Under the pieces are notes generated by a model that did no database searches, was not told where the DNA came from, and saw only the letters and a program-made list of their open reading frames with translations. A DNA stretch of 64,000 bases from Sedimentisphaerales bacterium (GTDB lineage Bacteria > Planctomycetota > Phycisphaerae > Sedimentisphaerales > SM23-30): assembly GCA_963663965.2 (NCBI GenBank), contig CAXXFK010000029.1, positions 96,001 to 160,000 of the forward strand, written 5' to 3'. Positions 52,823 through 62,742 of the stretch are shown here, piece after piece (the stretch's first letter is position 1; every line of letters begins with the position of its first letter). Position numbers and translations under genes: made by a program.

Positions 52823-55309
52823 ATGAGACATTCTTTTAAATTTGTTTATCAAGTGGCTACTATCGTCATTCTCGTGACTATGACGCTTATGCTGGCTTCG
52901 TCTTATTTTATGTCGATTCGGGTGACCGGCATTATTCAGGACAAAATTGTTCATAGCAATCGAGCTTTAATTATTACGACGGATATCCTGAATGAATTTT
53001 CAGAATTCAGTATTTATTTTCATGACCTGTCATTTCATCAAACTAAAGAAGCAGACGATGGTTTAGAGCATTTAAACAGGATTCGTCAGATGATGGAGAA
53101 TCCGTCGTTTGTCTATATGACAGATGCCAATTTTCGTAAGACTCTGGCATCAAAAGAACGTCAATGCCGGACGGCATTATATTCCTATAAATCGGTTTAT
53201 TTTGACGATCCAACGCGCGATAATGCCGAAGTGACCATGGCAACTATAACCCGATTAGTTGATGAAGCTAAATCGGTTGGCGTTGCGTATTGCAATCAGC
53301 TCAAGGGAGACATTGAGGTTGTCACGAAAAATGTACTCCATCGGCTGGCCATGGCGCGTTTTGCCAAGACCATCTCGTTAGTTGCCGGTTCCGTCTTATT
53401 GATCTTAACGATGTTTTTCGTTATCAATAGTTTGCGGGTGCGCTTACAATTAATCAATCATGCGACGGAAGAAATCAGCCGGGGGAATCTGGCGTATCGG
53501 ATCGGTATGAAGTTTAACGATATGATTGGCATGCTGGCCCGGCAGGTTGATATGATGGCCGGCCAGATCGAATGCCGTGAAGCCGAACTGGCGCAGCATC
53601 GCAGTCATCTGGAAGCGATGGTGGAAGCGCGCACGGAAGAACTGGAAAAGGCAAAAAATACCGCGGAGGCGGCCAATCAGGCCAAGAGTAATTTTCTGGC
53701 GACAATGAGCCATGAGATCCGAACCCCTATGAACGGTGTCATTGGCATGCTGGATTTGATGCGGACAGGACCATTGGAAGATAAACAGGCGCATTATTGC
53801 GAAATGGCACAGAAATCAGCAGACGCGTTGCTCGCGCTAATCAATAATATCCTGGATTTTTCAAAGATTGAAGCCGGGCATATGAGTATAGAGAATGAGG
53901 AATTTCATCTGGAGAAGATTCTTGCGGATGTTATCCATATTTTTTCGGCACAAGTGAACGAAAAAGGATTGGAATTAATCTGCCTGATGGATCCGGATAT
54001 TCCCGAACCTTTGTATGGGGATGCAGAACGAATCCGGCAGGTATTAATCAACCTGGTGGGGAACGCGGTTAAATTTACCCAAAGCGGAGAAATTCTGATC
54101 AACGCGATGAGAGGACAGGTTCAGGATAACAAGATTACCGTTAAATTTGAGATAACCGATACCGGGATTGGTATTGAGCCGGAGGCGATTTCCACATTAT
54201 TCGATCCGTTTACCCAGGAAGACACGAGCACAACGCGTTTATATGGCGGCACTGGATTGGGACTGGCCATTTGTAAGCAGTTGGTACAGATTATGGGGGG
54301 GGATATCGGAGTGGAGTCGGTCAAGGGAGAGGGCGCCACATTCTGGTTTACGCTGGAGCTGACAGCGAACCTGCTGCGGATCGTGCCGCGGCTGGAACCG
54401 GTGAATCCGATTGACAGTAAACGAATTCTAATCGGGGATGATAATCCAACTCAATTAAAGGCGTTGATGACATTATTAGACAAATGGGGTTATGAAGCGG
54501 AGAGTGTTGAGAACTGTCAGGAAGTGCGTGACTGTCTTGAAAAAGGGCAAACATCCGGTTGTCCGTATGATGTCATTGTTCTGGATAACAGTCTGGCGGA
54601 TGGCGACGGGGTCGCGCTGGCCAGGGAGTTGATTCAAAGCGGGCTGAGCGGGACCAGTCGAATTATACTATTGACCGTGATCAATAATGAGCATAGCAGT
54701 GATTTACTGGCAAGTACGAAAATTGACAAAATACTGGCCAAGCCGATAACCCCTTCGAGTTTGTATAATAGTCTGCTTGAGTTGGCGCCACCAGACAGAT
54801 CGAATCTCTCTGAGCCGGTGAATGTCAATAAATCTGATAAACGTGAAACAGCGCTGCTTGACGAGAGGGGTACCCCTTATATATTGATTGCCGAAGACAA
54901 TGAAATCAATCAGGAAGTCGCATCGCATATCCTGGCGATGGCTGGGATGGGGTATGTTATCGTCGAAAATGGCCATAACGCCCTGGAAGAGGCCCAGACT
55001 GGCAATTATGATTTGATTCTGATGGATTGCGCCATGCCGATCATGAATGGATTTGAAGCGACCCGGTTGATCCGGCGCCGAGAGAAGGCGGGTGTTGTTT
55101 GCAGCCGAAATGGGAAACGGATTCCGATTATCGCCTTGACAGCCAACGCGATCAAAGGGGACCGGGAGATGTGTCTGGAAGCGGGGATGGATGATTATAT
55201 CTCCAAGCCTTTTGATCCTATGAATTTGATCGATATGATAAAGCGGCATATAGAAGATAAAGAAACTGGGCGCCGGATTGGGTCGTCCAGTATCGCAGGT
55301 CAGATTTAA
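52823..55309 (+). CDS. Hybrid sensor histidine kinase (2 TM, HAMP, HisKA, HATPase, 2 REC)
   Basis: [32 protein letters not shown], two receiver domains (DDN..LD; EDN..MDC..MP..KP). Confidence 0.95.
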   Translation: MRHSFKFVYQVATIVILVTMTLMLASSYFMSIRVTGIIQDKIVHSNRALIITTDILNEFSEFSIYFHDLSFHQTKEADDGLEHLNRIRQMMENPSFVYMTDANFRKTLASKERQCRTALYSYKSVYFDDPTRDNAEVTMATITRLVDEAKSVGVAYCNQLKGDIEVVTKNVLHRLAMARFAKTISLVAGSVLLILTMFFVINSLRVRLQLINHATEEISRGNLAYRIGMKFNDMIGMLARQVDMMAGQIECREAELAQHRSHLEAMVEARTEELEKAKNTAEAANQAKSNFLATMSHEIRTPMNGVIGMLDLMRTGPLEDKQAHYCEMAQKSADALLALINNILDFSKIEAGHMSIENEEFHLEKILADVIHIFSAQVNEKGLELICLMDPDIPEPLYGDAERIRQVLINLVGNAVKFTQSGEILINAMRGQVQDNKITVKFEITDTGIGIEPEAISTLFDPFTQEDTSTTRLYGGTGLGLAICKQLVQIMGGDIGVESVKGEGATFWFTLELTANLLRIVPRLEPVNPIDSKRILIGDDNPTQLKALMTLLDKWGYEAESVENCQEVRDCLEKGQTSGCPYDVIVLDNSLADGDGVALARELIQSGLSGTSRIILLTVINNEHSSDLLASTKIDKILAKPITPSSLYNSLLELAPPDRSNLSEPVNVNKSDKRETALLDERGTPYILIAEDNEINQEVASHILAMAGMGYVIVENGHNALEEAQTGNYDLILMDCAMPIMNGFEATRLIRRREKAGVVCSRNGKRIPIIALTANAIKGDREMCLEAGMDDYISKPFDPMNLIDMIKRHIEDKETGRRIGSSSIAGQI

Positions 55310-55716
55310 TCTGGTCAGCTAAATATTCTAATGTGGGTCAGTTTGGTCGTTTATGTTTACACGATGGTAGTACCATATGGTGATACCCAATTCAGTGTAC
55401 AATAATGGTAGGCCATTTTGGAAAAGATATTGTTAAGATGGGTATGATTGGGTTCGTTTCACTTTGGGAGGGGCACATGGGGGGCTGGCCGCGAAGAAAA
55501 ACAGCCGGGAGGGTTGATGAATACTTAACGCGAATTGATGCTGATTGATATAATACCAGGTTAAGTGTTTGGAAAATATATTTTGTATGTCAATGCCAGG
55601 TAATTAGTTATAATAATTTTGACTTGGGTTGGGTTTGTTTCGCGTTGGAGAGACGTTTTATTGGGCGGGGGCAAAGTGAGTATATTTAAATCCTTATAAT
55701 ATAAGAGGTTAGAACA

Positions 55717-56380
55717 ACGGAATACACGGAATACACGGAAGGAAGAAGGTGTAAGTGTTTGTAATAAAAGAAGTTAAAGCATAGAAAGGGATGGAATGCA
55801 TGAAAAAATCAGGAAGGTTTCTGGGTCTGGTTTACGGAGGGGGTATTTGGTTGTTAAAGAGCGATTTAATAAAAGCACGCTAAAGCGGTGTACTCCATAC
55901 GGTGGGGGGAAAAAGGCGAAAAGACGAAAAAGACAAAAGAGACGAAAAGGTGAAATTACGGGTGGGATGGTCATGGTACGTTGGGGGGGACAGGGAATGA
56001 GAAGAAAAACACGGGCAGGATGCTCGTGCCACTTGTTTTTTTGTTGGATAATGGGGGGTGGGTTGGTAAAATATATTTTATGCCCGGTTGAGTTTGATGG
56101 CCGGGATTTTAGCTTTGGGATATCTGTTTTTTGTATTTTTTTAACGTGTATAATGGAGAGAACTGCCGGGGGGGCAATGGAGTTTGGTAGAAGATATCAC
56201 ACAAAAGCACCAAGGCACGAAGAAAACAGCTTTTTAGACAGGATCACAGGATTTACAGGATAAAGCAAGGAAAGATTAATGCTGAGTTGATCTGTCAGAA
56301 TCTGGATTAGTATCAGGGGATAGATACAAAATGATAGAATATAAGAATTTATACCATGAAGAACATGAAGAGACATGAAG
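55717..56380 (+). repeat. Cluster of short purine-rich tandem triplets (8-10 bp period)
   Basis: ACGGAATAC x2.7 (55717-55740); CGAAAA(A)GA-like x4 (55917-55950); CACNAAG-like x3 (56200-56223); ACAGGAT x3 (56238-56261); CATGAAG x3 (56355-56380). Confidence 0.85.
56010..56032. repeat. REP-like palindrome
   Basis: CACGGGCA-GGA-TGCTCGTG-CCAC hairpin with a 4-nt foot; single copy in this window. Confidence 0.5.
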
Positions 56381-56484
56381 GTTAACGGCCTGGACGGCTG
56401 GTTTTTGTTGCCAAGGTTTTCGAAGAAGTTTTAAGCGTTTCGATTATCTAAGATAGAAAAGGAAAACATTACAGGAGTTTGAAG

Positions 56485-59400
56485 ATGGTTTTTAAAAGAG
56501 TAGGTGTCCGGCTGGGATTGGTTGGGATTGTGGTTGCGTTACTGGCCGGGATGTCTTTGGGGCAGTATTCGGGGGGAGCGGGGACGGAGGGGGATCCTTA
56601 TCAGATTGCGACGGCGGGGGATTTGATTGCGCTGGGGGGGAATACGGGGGATTATGATAAGTGTTTTGTTTTGACGGCGGATATTGATCTGGCGGGGTAT
56701 GAGTTTGATCATGCAGTAATTGCGTGGGATGAAGATACAAGAACATTTGGTTTTCAAGGAAATTCATTTAGTGGAGTTTTTAATGGCAATGGTCATACCA
56801 TAAATAATTTTTCTATAAATCAGTCAAGTAAGGATTTTATTGGAATTTTCGGCACTATATCAAATGGGAAGATTGAGAATGTGGGAGTTAAGAATAGCAC
56901 ACTAGCAGGTCGATATTATGTTGGCGGATTATGTGGTTATAGTGAGGCTTCTATTGAACTTTGTAAGGTTCAGAGTACGGATATAACAGGTTATTCTGGT
57001 ACTGGTGGTTTAGTTGGGAATAATAACGGTACTATTAATTGGTGTCAATTCGATGGAACTGTTTCAGGAAATTGGACTGTTGGAGGTTTAGCTGGTTATA
57101 CCGGCGGGACAATTTTTCGGAGCTTTGCTACAGGAACAATCATAGGCAGTAGTGAAAATATCGGGGGATTATGTGGAGGGAATAGCGGATCGATAAACCA
57201 GTGTTTTTTTATTGGTCATGTCAGTGGAAAAGAGGATGTAGGTGGATTTTGTGGAGGAAATGGAGGTTTAGTAAACCAATGCTATGCAAAAGGAGAAGTG
57301 AACGGAAGTGACAATTATACTGGTGGGTTATGCGGCACTAACCGGGGAATTATTACTCAGTGCTATTCAACTGCTAAGACGAAGCAAGGGGATGTCATTG
57401 GGGGGTTATGTGGTACCGATGAAGGAATCGGGGCGATATATGATAGTTACTGGGATATGGAAACCAGTGAAATGACATGCAGCGCCGGTGGGTGGGGACT
57501 TACACAGGAGCAAGTGACTCGATCAAACAGTTATACAGGATGGACAGATGGCAACTGGATTATTGATGAAGGCGTTAGCCCGCCCAGATTATTATGGGAA
57601 GAAACGGGTGGAAACGCAATCAATGCTCCGTATCCAGAACGGACTTATGAAGGGAGTGGCACTTCTGAAGATCCCTATATCATAAACACCGCTGATGATT
57701 TAATGAATTTAAGGCAGCACTCAATGGATTGGGATAAGTATTTTGAATTGAATCAGGATATCGATATGGATCACATTATACTTAATTCCTCATTAATTGC
57801 TTTCGGAAGTGGTTTTAACGGTGTATTTGATGGTAAGGGGCATGTTATCAGGAATATGGAGATTCAAGCCATCCATCAAAGTTATAACGGCCTATTTTAT
57901 CGGATTGATTCAGAAGCAGAAGTCAAGAATATGGGAATAGAGAATATAAAAGTTGTCGGCGACTTCTATGTTGGCAGTTTTTGCGGTCGAGTAAGGGGCA
58001 GCATCTCACGATGTTACGCTAAAAATGTTTATGTGCAAGGCACAACTTACATTGGGGGTTTTGTTGGAAATTGTCTCGGCGGCGTTATTGATCAATGTTA
58101 TAGCTTCAGTACCATCGCCCATAATGATACCTGGGGTAGTTCGGGTGTTTTTGGTGGTCATATTTACTCAGGTAGTGTTCTGAGTCAATGTTATGCATCT
58201 GGAGTGATGGATAGATTTTCAGCGGGAGAATTTTATGCCTATACTTATGGAGCTACCATCAGACAATGTTTCTGGGAAATATATTCAACCGGACAACCAA
58301 TGGTTACGGGCAGTACAAGCACACCCAGTCCGTCACATGGCCAAATGTTTACTGTTGAGCCATATCAGGCTGCGGGTTGGGATTTTAGTGATGAGGATGG
58401 TGACATAGCGGACTGGTCGATGTATCCCAATAGTTATCCGGCGCTGAGCTGGGAATCCGCCGATCTGGTTTTTATCCCTGATGTAAATGGAATGGATCTG
58501 GCTTCAGCCCAAGCTGCCATAGCGAATGCCGGATTATCAGTTTATATTATTGCAGAATATAGTAAAACGGTTTCTGAAGGAGAACTGATTCGCCAAGAGA
58601 CTCTATCCGGACAAATGGCTAATAGAGGACAGCCTGTTATTCTGGTAATATCGCGTGGGATTAAATATTCCGGTGGTAATGGTACTCCGGATGATCCATT
58701 TGAGATTGGTAATGCCGATGATCTGGTTGAGCTAAGCCTAGCCGGTGATCTCGACAAGCATTATGTTTTAGTTGCTGATATTGATCTGGCAGGGGCGGGA
58801 ACAGGAGAAGGTGGCGTGTTTACCCAGGCTTTGCTTGGAACTTCAACTTCATCGCCCTTTAACGGCGTATTGGATGGCGATGGGCATATTATATATAATC
58901 TTATGATATCAAAAACTGATAGTGATTATATGGGCTTGTGTGGAGTTCTTGGACCGGAAAGTCAAATCAGAAACCTGGGGTTGGAAAAGGTCGACATACA
59001 AGGCAGAGGATATGTTGGTGGTGTATGCGGTAGATGCTATGGAGAGATTTCGAACTGTTATGTAAGAGGCAAGGTAAACGGTTACGATAATTATGGCTAT
59101 GTTGGCGGTTTATGTGGCAGTCTTACTAACGGTACTATCAGTCGCAGTTATGCTGATGTTGATGTTAGAAATGATTCTGGGTGTGGAGGTTTTTGTGGAA
59201 GTAATTCTAATGGTATTATTAGTGAATGTTATTCTAAAGGTTATGTAAATAATGCTTATGCGGGTGGATTTTGTTATTATAATTATGGAACAATAAATAA
59301 TTGTTTCTGGGATATTGAAACTTCTGGACGGTCTTCCAGTAGCGGAGGAACTGGCTTGGCTACGTCGGCTATGTTGAATCTACAGACCTATCTGGATGCC

Positions 59401-62400
59401 GGTTGGGATTTCAGTGAGGATGATGGCGATGGGGCCAATTGGGTTTTGTATGAAGGGTATTATCCTACTCTGGCCTGGCAAACTGAAATCATGATGCCAA
59501 ATATCATTGGATATGAAAGGAATGAGGCGTATCTGATATTGTCTGATCTTGGATTGCAGGTTGTATCAGATGAAGAATTTTCATCTGAGGTTGCAATGGG
59601 GCACGTTATCAGGCAATATCCGGTAAGTGGGCAAACGCTTGCAGTTGGATTGACGGCCCGATTGGTAGTTTCGCGAGGATTGCCCTGCCTGGGGAACGGA
59701 ACTGAATTGGATCCATATCAAATTAATACGGCTGGTCAGTGGCGCTGGTTATCCGAGACACCGGAGGTTTGGGATAAGCATTTTATCCTGATGGCTGATC
59801 TGGATTTTGAAGGCATTGAAATTAAGCCTATTGGGGCTTTTAGTGATAGTAATAATGTTACTAATGATATACCTTTTACCGGCTTTTTTGAGGGTAATGG
59901 TCATAGTATTAAAAATTTAAAAATGACATTTCCTGCATCAAGCTTTCCGCAAAGAAGTATGGGATTGTTTGCCTTTGTGGATGGCGCGGTTATTCAGAAC
60001 CTCGGATTAGTGGATTTTGTAATAACAGTTGACGAAAATATTAATTACAATGTCAGCGTTGGCGGTATCGCAGGAAAAGTCAGTTCGGAATCTCCGTATA
60101 CCAATGGTTGTCATATCAATAATTGTTATGTGACTGGTATTATCAGGCACTATAGCCCGTATGGACAATTTGGAGGTATTGTTGGCTACAATTACTGTGG
60201 AAGAATCAGTCAATGTTATGCTGATTGTAAAATCGAGGATATAGACAATGCTCCCGCTTATACCGGCGCATTGATGGGGCTATCGATCGGAAAAGGGAAT
60301 GGAATCAGTCAATCGTTCTGGAATGTGGAAAAGGATGCCAGAGGAGTGGGAAGAATGCTGTCACCCAGTGTATATGATATCCTGGGTTTGCCGTTAGAGG
60401 CAATGCAGACGAGTGGATTTTATCTTGAGAGCGGTTGGGATTTTATTGGTGAAACTCAGAATGGCATGGATGATATCTGGCATATGCCCTGGGGACAGGC
60501 TGGACTACCTATGTTGTGGAATCAGAAGGATATTCCCGGTGATGTAGCGGGAGGATATGGGGTTGATCTGGCCGATTTCGATCGGTTGTCGATAGACTGG
60601 CTGAATGATGACGGTAATTATCAATTTGATGGAGTATCTGGGCCTGATGGTTGTGTGGATGCTGCCGAACTGGGGATGATTGCGGATAATTGGCTGGCCC
60701 AGCCGGAACTGGGTGAAAAGGTGTCGCTGGTAACGCACTGGCCGTTTGATGTGGATGGCATGGATATTGAACAGGGGATAGAGGCCGAGATGAAAAATGG
60801 CGCCATGCTGGTTCAGGAACCGGGCGATTTCCGGATTGGGATGGGAGCGGTTAAATTCGATGGTGTTGATGACCTGCTGGAATGTGAAAGTGAGCATACG
60901 CTACCTGACCGAAGGCTCTTTTCGTTAGCCATGTGGATCAAAGTGGATCAGATTCTGTTCAATCGAACCATGCATATCATCGGACAGCGTGATGGCACTG
61001 ATCATTTGTGGAGTTTGCAACTCTGGGGTGCGAATGAAGCTCATCTGACCGGATATGTTAGTGGAGCCAGCAGTTATGCATTAACCGAGACCAGCTTTAC
61101 GCCGATACGAGATTGCTGGTATCATGTCGCTATGACCTATAATGACTATGATGACCGTAAGGTGCATCTGTATATCAATGGCGAGGAAGTTACCACCGTT
61201 CAGCAGGTCGCCATGGAAGACGAATTGTATCCCAATACGACTATTCCAGTATCCGTTGGGGATCGTATTGGAGGGGGCCGGGCGTTTAGTGGCAACGTTG
61301 ATGATCTGCGGCTTTATCACCGGATATTAACGATAGATGAAATCTATGAAATCGCAGAATTAGATCAACCTTTCTCATACTGGCCGTTTGACACAAATAG
61401 TGATGATCTGAGGAATATGAACAATGCCGTGCTGGAAAACGGGGCTTGTATATCACAGATTCCGGGTGACTATCGGGCAGGCCAGGGTGCAATGAGGATG
61501 GACGGCGAGGATGATATTGCCATATGCCGTGGTAACGTCATTCCCAATGATGCCTCTGCAATCAGTGTGGCGCTCTGGTTTAAGGCGGATGAGGTGCCCG
61601 CTTATAAAACAGTTCATCTTATCGGTCAAAGGACCCTATCAGAGCATATCTGGAGTTTGCAGATATGGGGTACGAATGGCAGGCATTTAACAGGATTTAT
61701 TGAGGGAAATGGCGGGAATGCGATTACTGAGACCTCATTTGTACCTGAGGCAGGGCGATGGTACCATGTCGCGATGACTTATGATGACGCTGGAGACAAG
61801 ATTATACATATTCATGTTGATGGCATAGAAGTTGGTATTGTAGAACAGACTTCCTTAAGTGGAGCACCGATGATTCGAAATTCTGACGTAAAATTATCAA
61901 TCGGTGATCGTATCGGAGGTTCGCGCGCGTTCAAAGGTAGCATTGATGAGGTACAAATCTATCCACGAGAACTGACAAAAGATGAAATATTAACCATGGC
62001 AGACCGGGAAAAAATGGTTGCCTACTGGCCGCTTGATTATTCGGGCAATGATATCGTTGGCGGACATTTTGCCAGTTTATTAAATGGCGCGAACTATACC
62101 CAGGAAGCCGGCATGTATCGTTTTGGAACTGGCGCGATGAAGTTGGATGGAGTGGATGATGTGGCCAGATGTGACCTGACAGCGGTTTCGGGCTACGATG
62201 CTTTCAGTGTTGCGATGTGGATTCGGGCAGATGCTATATCCAGCACGCAAACGATGCAATTAATTGGCCAGCGTAATACCAATGAACATCAATGGAGTTT
62301 TCAGTTGTGGGGTACAAATAACGGGCATCTGACTGGTTTCGTCGGTGGTAATGTGACTGATGCCCTGACTGAAACGATGTTTGCTCCGGAGGTGGGTCGC

Positions 62401-62658
62401 TGGTATCATGTGGTGATGATGTATGATGATCAGGGTGATCGAAAAGTTCATATTTATGTTGATGGCATAGAAGTTGACGTAATGCAACAGACAGCTATGT
62501 CAGGGGGGCGATTGACCGGGACAGTAAACATTCCAGTGACTTTGGGAGACAAGTCCGGTGGCGGCCGGGCGTTTGGTGGGAAAATAGACGAGGTGATGAT
62601 TTACCGGCGGGTATTGACAGATGAGGAAATAATGGAGTTGGCTTTGGGGGAATATTGA
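56485..62658 (+). CDS. Large secreted modular protein: 4 GLUG-repeat modules, 2 PASTA, dockerin/EF-hand-like motif, 3 LamG-like domains
   Basis: Signal peptide; repeated 'G.GT..DPY.I' module starts and VGGLCG GLUG repeats; two 'P...G......A...L...GL...E.S..V..G..IRQ...G.....LV.SRG' PASTA repeats; GD...YGVD..D...WL; three 'WYHVAMTY..YVDG..G.IDE..IY.R.LT..EI' repeats; start at ATG 56485 after aggag. Confidence 0.9.
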   Translation: MVFKRVGVRLGLVGIVVALLAGMSLGQYSGGAGTEGDPYQIATAGDLIALGGNTGDYDKCFVLTADIDLAGYEFDHAVIAWDEDTRTFGFQGNSFSGVFNGNGHTINNFSINQSSKDFIGIFGTISNGKIENVGVKNSTLAGRYYVGGLCGYSEASIELCKVQSTDITGYSGTGGLVGNNNGTINWCQFDGTVSGNWTVGGLAGYTGGTIFRSFATGTIIGSSENIGGLCGGNSGSINQCFFIGHVSGKEDVGGFCGGNGGLVNQCYAKGEVNGSDNYTGGLCGTNRGIITQCYSTAKTKQGDVIGGLCGTDEGIGAIYDSYWDMETSEMTCSAGGWGLTQEQVTRSNSYTGWTDGNWIIDEGVSPPRLLWEETGGNAINAPYPERTYEGSGTSEDPYIINTADDLMNLRQHSMDWDKYFELNQDIDMDHIILNSSLIAFGSGFNGVFDGKGHVIRNMEIQAIHQSYNGLFYRIDSEAEVKNMGIENIKVVGDFYVGSFCGRVRGSISRCYAKNVYVQGTTYIGGFVGNCLGGVIDQCYSFSTIAHNDTWGSSGVFGGHIYSGSVLSQCYASGVMDRFSAGEFYAYTYGATIRQCFWEIYSTGQPMVTGSTSTPSPSHGQMFTVEPYQAAGWDFSDEDGDIADWSMYPNSYPALSWESADLVFIPDVNGMDLASAQAAIANAGLSVYIIAEYSKTVSEGELIRQETLSGQMANRGQPVILVISRGIKYSGGNGTPDDPFEIGNADDLVELSLAGDLDKHYVLVADIDLAGAGTGEGGVFTQALLGTSTSSPFNGVLDGDGHIIYNLMISKTDSDYMGLCGVLGPESQIRNLGLEKVDIQGRGYVGGVCGRCYGEISNCYVRGKVNGYDNYGYVGGLCGSLTNGTISRSYADVDVRNDSGCGGFCGSNSNGIISECYSKGYVNNAYAGGFCYYNYGTINNCFWDIETSGRSSSSGGTGLATSAMLNLQTYLDAGWDFSEDDGDGANWVLYEGYYPTLAWQTEIMMPNIIGYERNEAYLILSDLGLQVVSDEEFSSEVAMGHVIRQYPVSGQTLAVGLTARLVVSRGLPCLGNGTELDPYQINTAGQWRWLSETPEVWDKHFILMADLDFEGIEIKPIGAFSDSNNVTNDIPFTGFFEGNGHSIKNLKMTFPASSFPQRSMGLFAFVDGAVIQNLGLVDFVITVDENINYNVSVGGIAGKVSSESPYTNGCHINNCYVTGIIRHYSPYGQFGGIVGYNYCGRISQCYADCKIEDIDNAPAYTGALMGLSIGKGNGISQSFWNVEKDARGVGRMLSPSVYDILGLPLEAMQTSGFYLESGWDFIGETQNGMDDIWHMPWGQAGLPMLWNQKDIPGDVAGGYGVDLADFDRLSIDWLNDDGNYQFDGVSGPDGCVDAAELGMIADNWLAQPELGEKVSLVTHWPFDVDGMDIEQGIEAEMKNGAMLVQEPGDFRIGMGAVKFDGVDDLLECESEHTLPDRRLFSLAMWIKVDQILFNRTMHIIGQRDGTDHLWSLQLWGANEAHLTGYVSGASSYALTETSFTPIRDCWYHVAMTYNDYDDRKVHLYINGEEVTTVQQVAMEDELYPNTTIPVSVGDRIGGGRAFSGNVDDLRLYHRILTIDEIYEIAELDQPFSYWPFDTNSDDLRNMNNAVLENGACISQIPGDYRAGQGAMRMDGEDDIAICRGNVIPNDASAISVALWFKADEVPAYKTVHLIGQRTLSEHIWSLQIWGTNGRHLTGFIEGNGGNAITETSFVPEAGRWYHVAMTYDDAGDKIIHIHVDGIEVGIVEQTSLSGAPMIRNSDVKLSIGDRIGGSRAFKGSIDEVQIYPRELTKDEILTMADREKMVAYWPLDYSGNDIVGGHFASLLNGANYTQEAGMYRFGTGAMKLDGVDDVARCDLTAVSGYDAFSVAMWIRADAISSTQTMQLIGQRNTNEHQWSFQLWGTNNGHLTGFVGGNVTDALTETMFAPEVGRWYHVVMMYDDQGDRKVHIYVDGIEVDVMQQTAMSGGRLTGTVNIPVTLGDKSGGGRAFGGKIDEVMIYRRVLTDEEIMELALGEY

Positions 62659-62742
62659 ATTATTGTGGAACAGGATTGCTAAAACCGGGTGGGTGTGTTA
62701 TGATCCTGTATTGATTGAAAGCAAGCTATTGGAGACAAGGCA

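Noticed and set aside
55796..56263. 155-aa plus-strand ORF in the repeat-rich leader
   Set aside because: Low-complexity translation of purine-rich repeats with no protein-like features
55700..56400. CRISPR array
   Set aside because: Repeats are 7-10 bp, tandem, mutually different and have no spacers; no cas genes
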